A model generated the notes under the pieces. That model ran no database searches. It saw only the letters and a list, made by a program, of their open reading frames with translations, and was not told the origin of the DNA. From a virus (lineage: Duplodnaviria > Caudoviricetes): a stretch of DNA of 64,000 nucleotides. Both the position numbers and the translations under genes were made by a program. The stretch is taken from IMG/VR virus record IMGVR_UViG_3300037312_001875, positions 22,051 through 86,050 of that record, one strand, 5' to 3'. This document shows positions 63,820 through 64,000 of the stretch, piece by piece; the first letter of the stretch is position 1; each line of letters opens with the position of its first letter.

Positions 63820-64000
63820 TCAAAACCGTTGGAAATCCTATATATTATGGGCTGCCGTTGCCGCGTTAGTTGGCGATGCTCTCATTGATTTGGGGTTATT
63901 AGGGGATTTAAATAAGTTTAATAGTTACGTAGATAAGGTGTTTTATATCTTGATGTTGTTAGGGATTGTCAATAACCCAACAAATAAAACAGGATTATGA
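63812..64000 (+). CDS. Holin
   Basis: NRWKSYILWAAVAAL..LLGIVNNPT, two hydrophobic helices; overlaps the lysin stop. Confidence 0.75.
   Translation: MNNQNRWKSYILWAAVAALVGDALIDLGLLGDLNKFNSYVDKVFYILMLLGIVNNPTNKTGL

Larger units (their letters stand above)
1..64000. mobile_element. Temperate contractile-tailed phage / probable phage-plasmid of Bacillaceae (partial genome)
   Basis: Capsid, sheath, tube, tape measure, baseplate, lysin and holin genes co-occur with Rep+iterons, ParA and RTP. No integrase and no host housekeeping operons. Firmicute-type GGAGG RBSs throughout. Confidence 0.88.

Noticed and set aside
1-64000. tRNA, rRNA, IS elements, introns
   Set aside because: No cloverleaf, rRNA-like, transposase or homing-endonuclease signature was recognised by eye; tRNAscan-SE, Infernal and ISEScan would be needed to exclude them formally.

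Overview
The whole window reads as a large part of a temperate contractile-tailed (myovirus-like) phage of a Bacillaceae host. It appears to be maintained as a plasmid (phage-plasmid): no integrase is seen, but there is a plasmid/phage-type Rep with intragenic iterons, three perfect DnaA boxes, a ParA cassette, and an RTP homologue with an inverted pair of Ter-like sites. Layout: 1-8.9 kb accessory fibre/receptor-binding locus (a DGG-repeat scaffold plus three Mtd_N-headed proteins); 9.9-11.8 kb replicon; 11.8-18 kb mostly leftward small early genes (orphan N6-methylase, DegU homologue, rtp); 18.3-24.3 kb M23 peptidase, pilin-like and multi-pass membrane proteins and an FtsK ATPase; 24.4-32.9 kb ParB-like, DGQHR, ParA, regulators and nucleotide/replication genes (dUTPase, divergent ThyX, Tmk, SSB); 33-63 kb head, neck, sheath, tube, tape measure, baseplate and fibre genes; 63.1-64 kb endolysin and holin. 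Terminase and portal are not in the window. The most novel-looking signals are a possible DGG-socket/Mtd_N-plug receptor display system, a genome-wide TAGG-N8-CCTA operator network, an antisense-RNA/anti-SD switch in the rep leader, a phage-borne RTP-Ter fork trap, an orphan DegU, a minimal DNA-transfer-like module, and an [LMF][ED]KxA putative cleavage code in head proteins. All family assignments come from motif recognition by eye; no database searches were run. Start codons were moved from the ORF track where a better RBS was visible.
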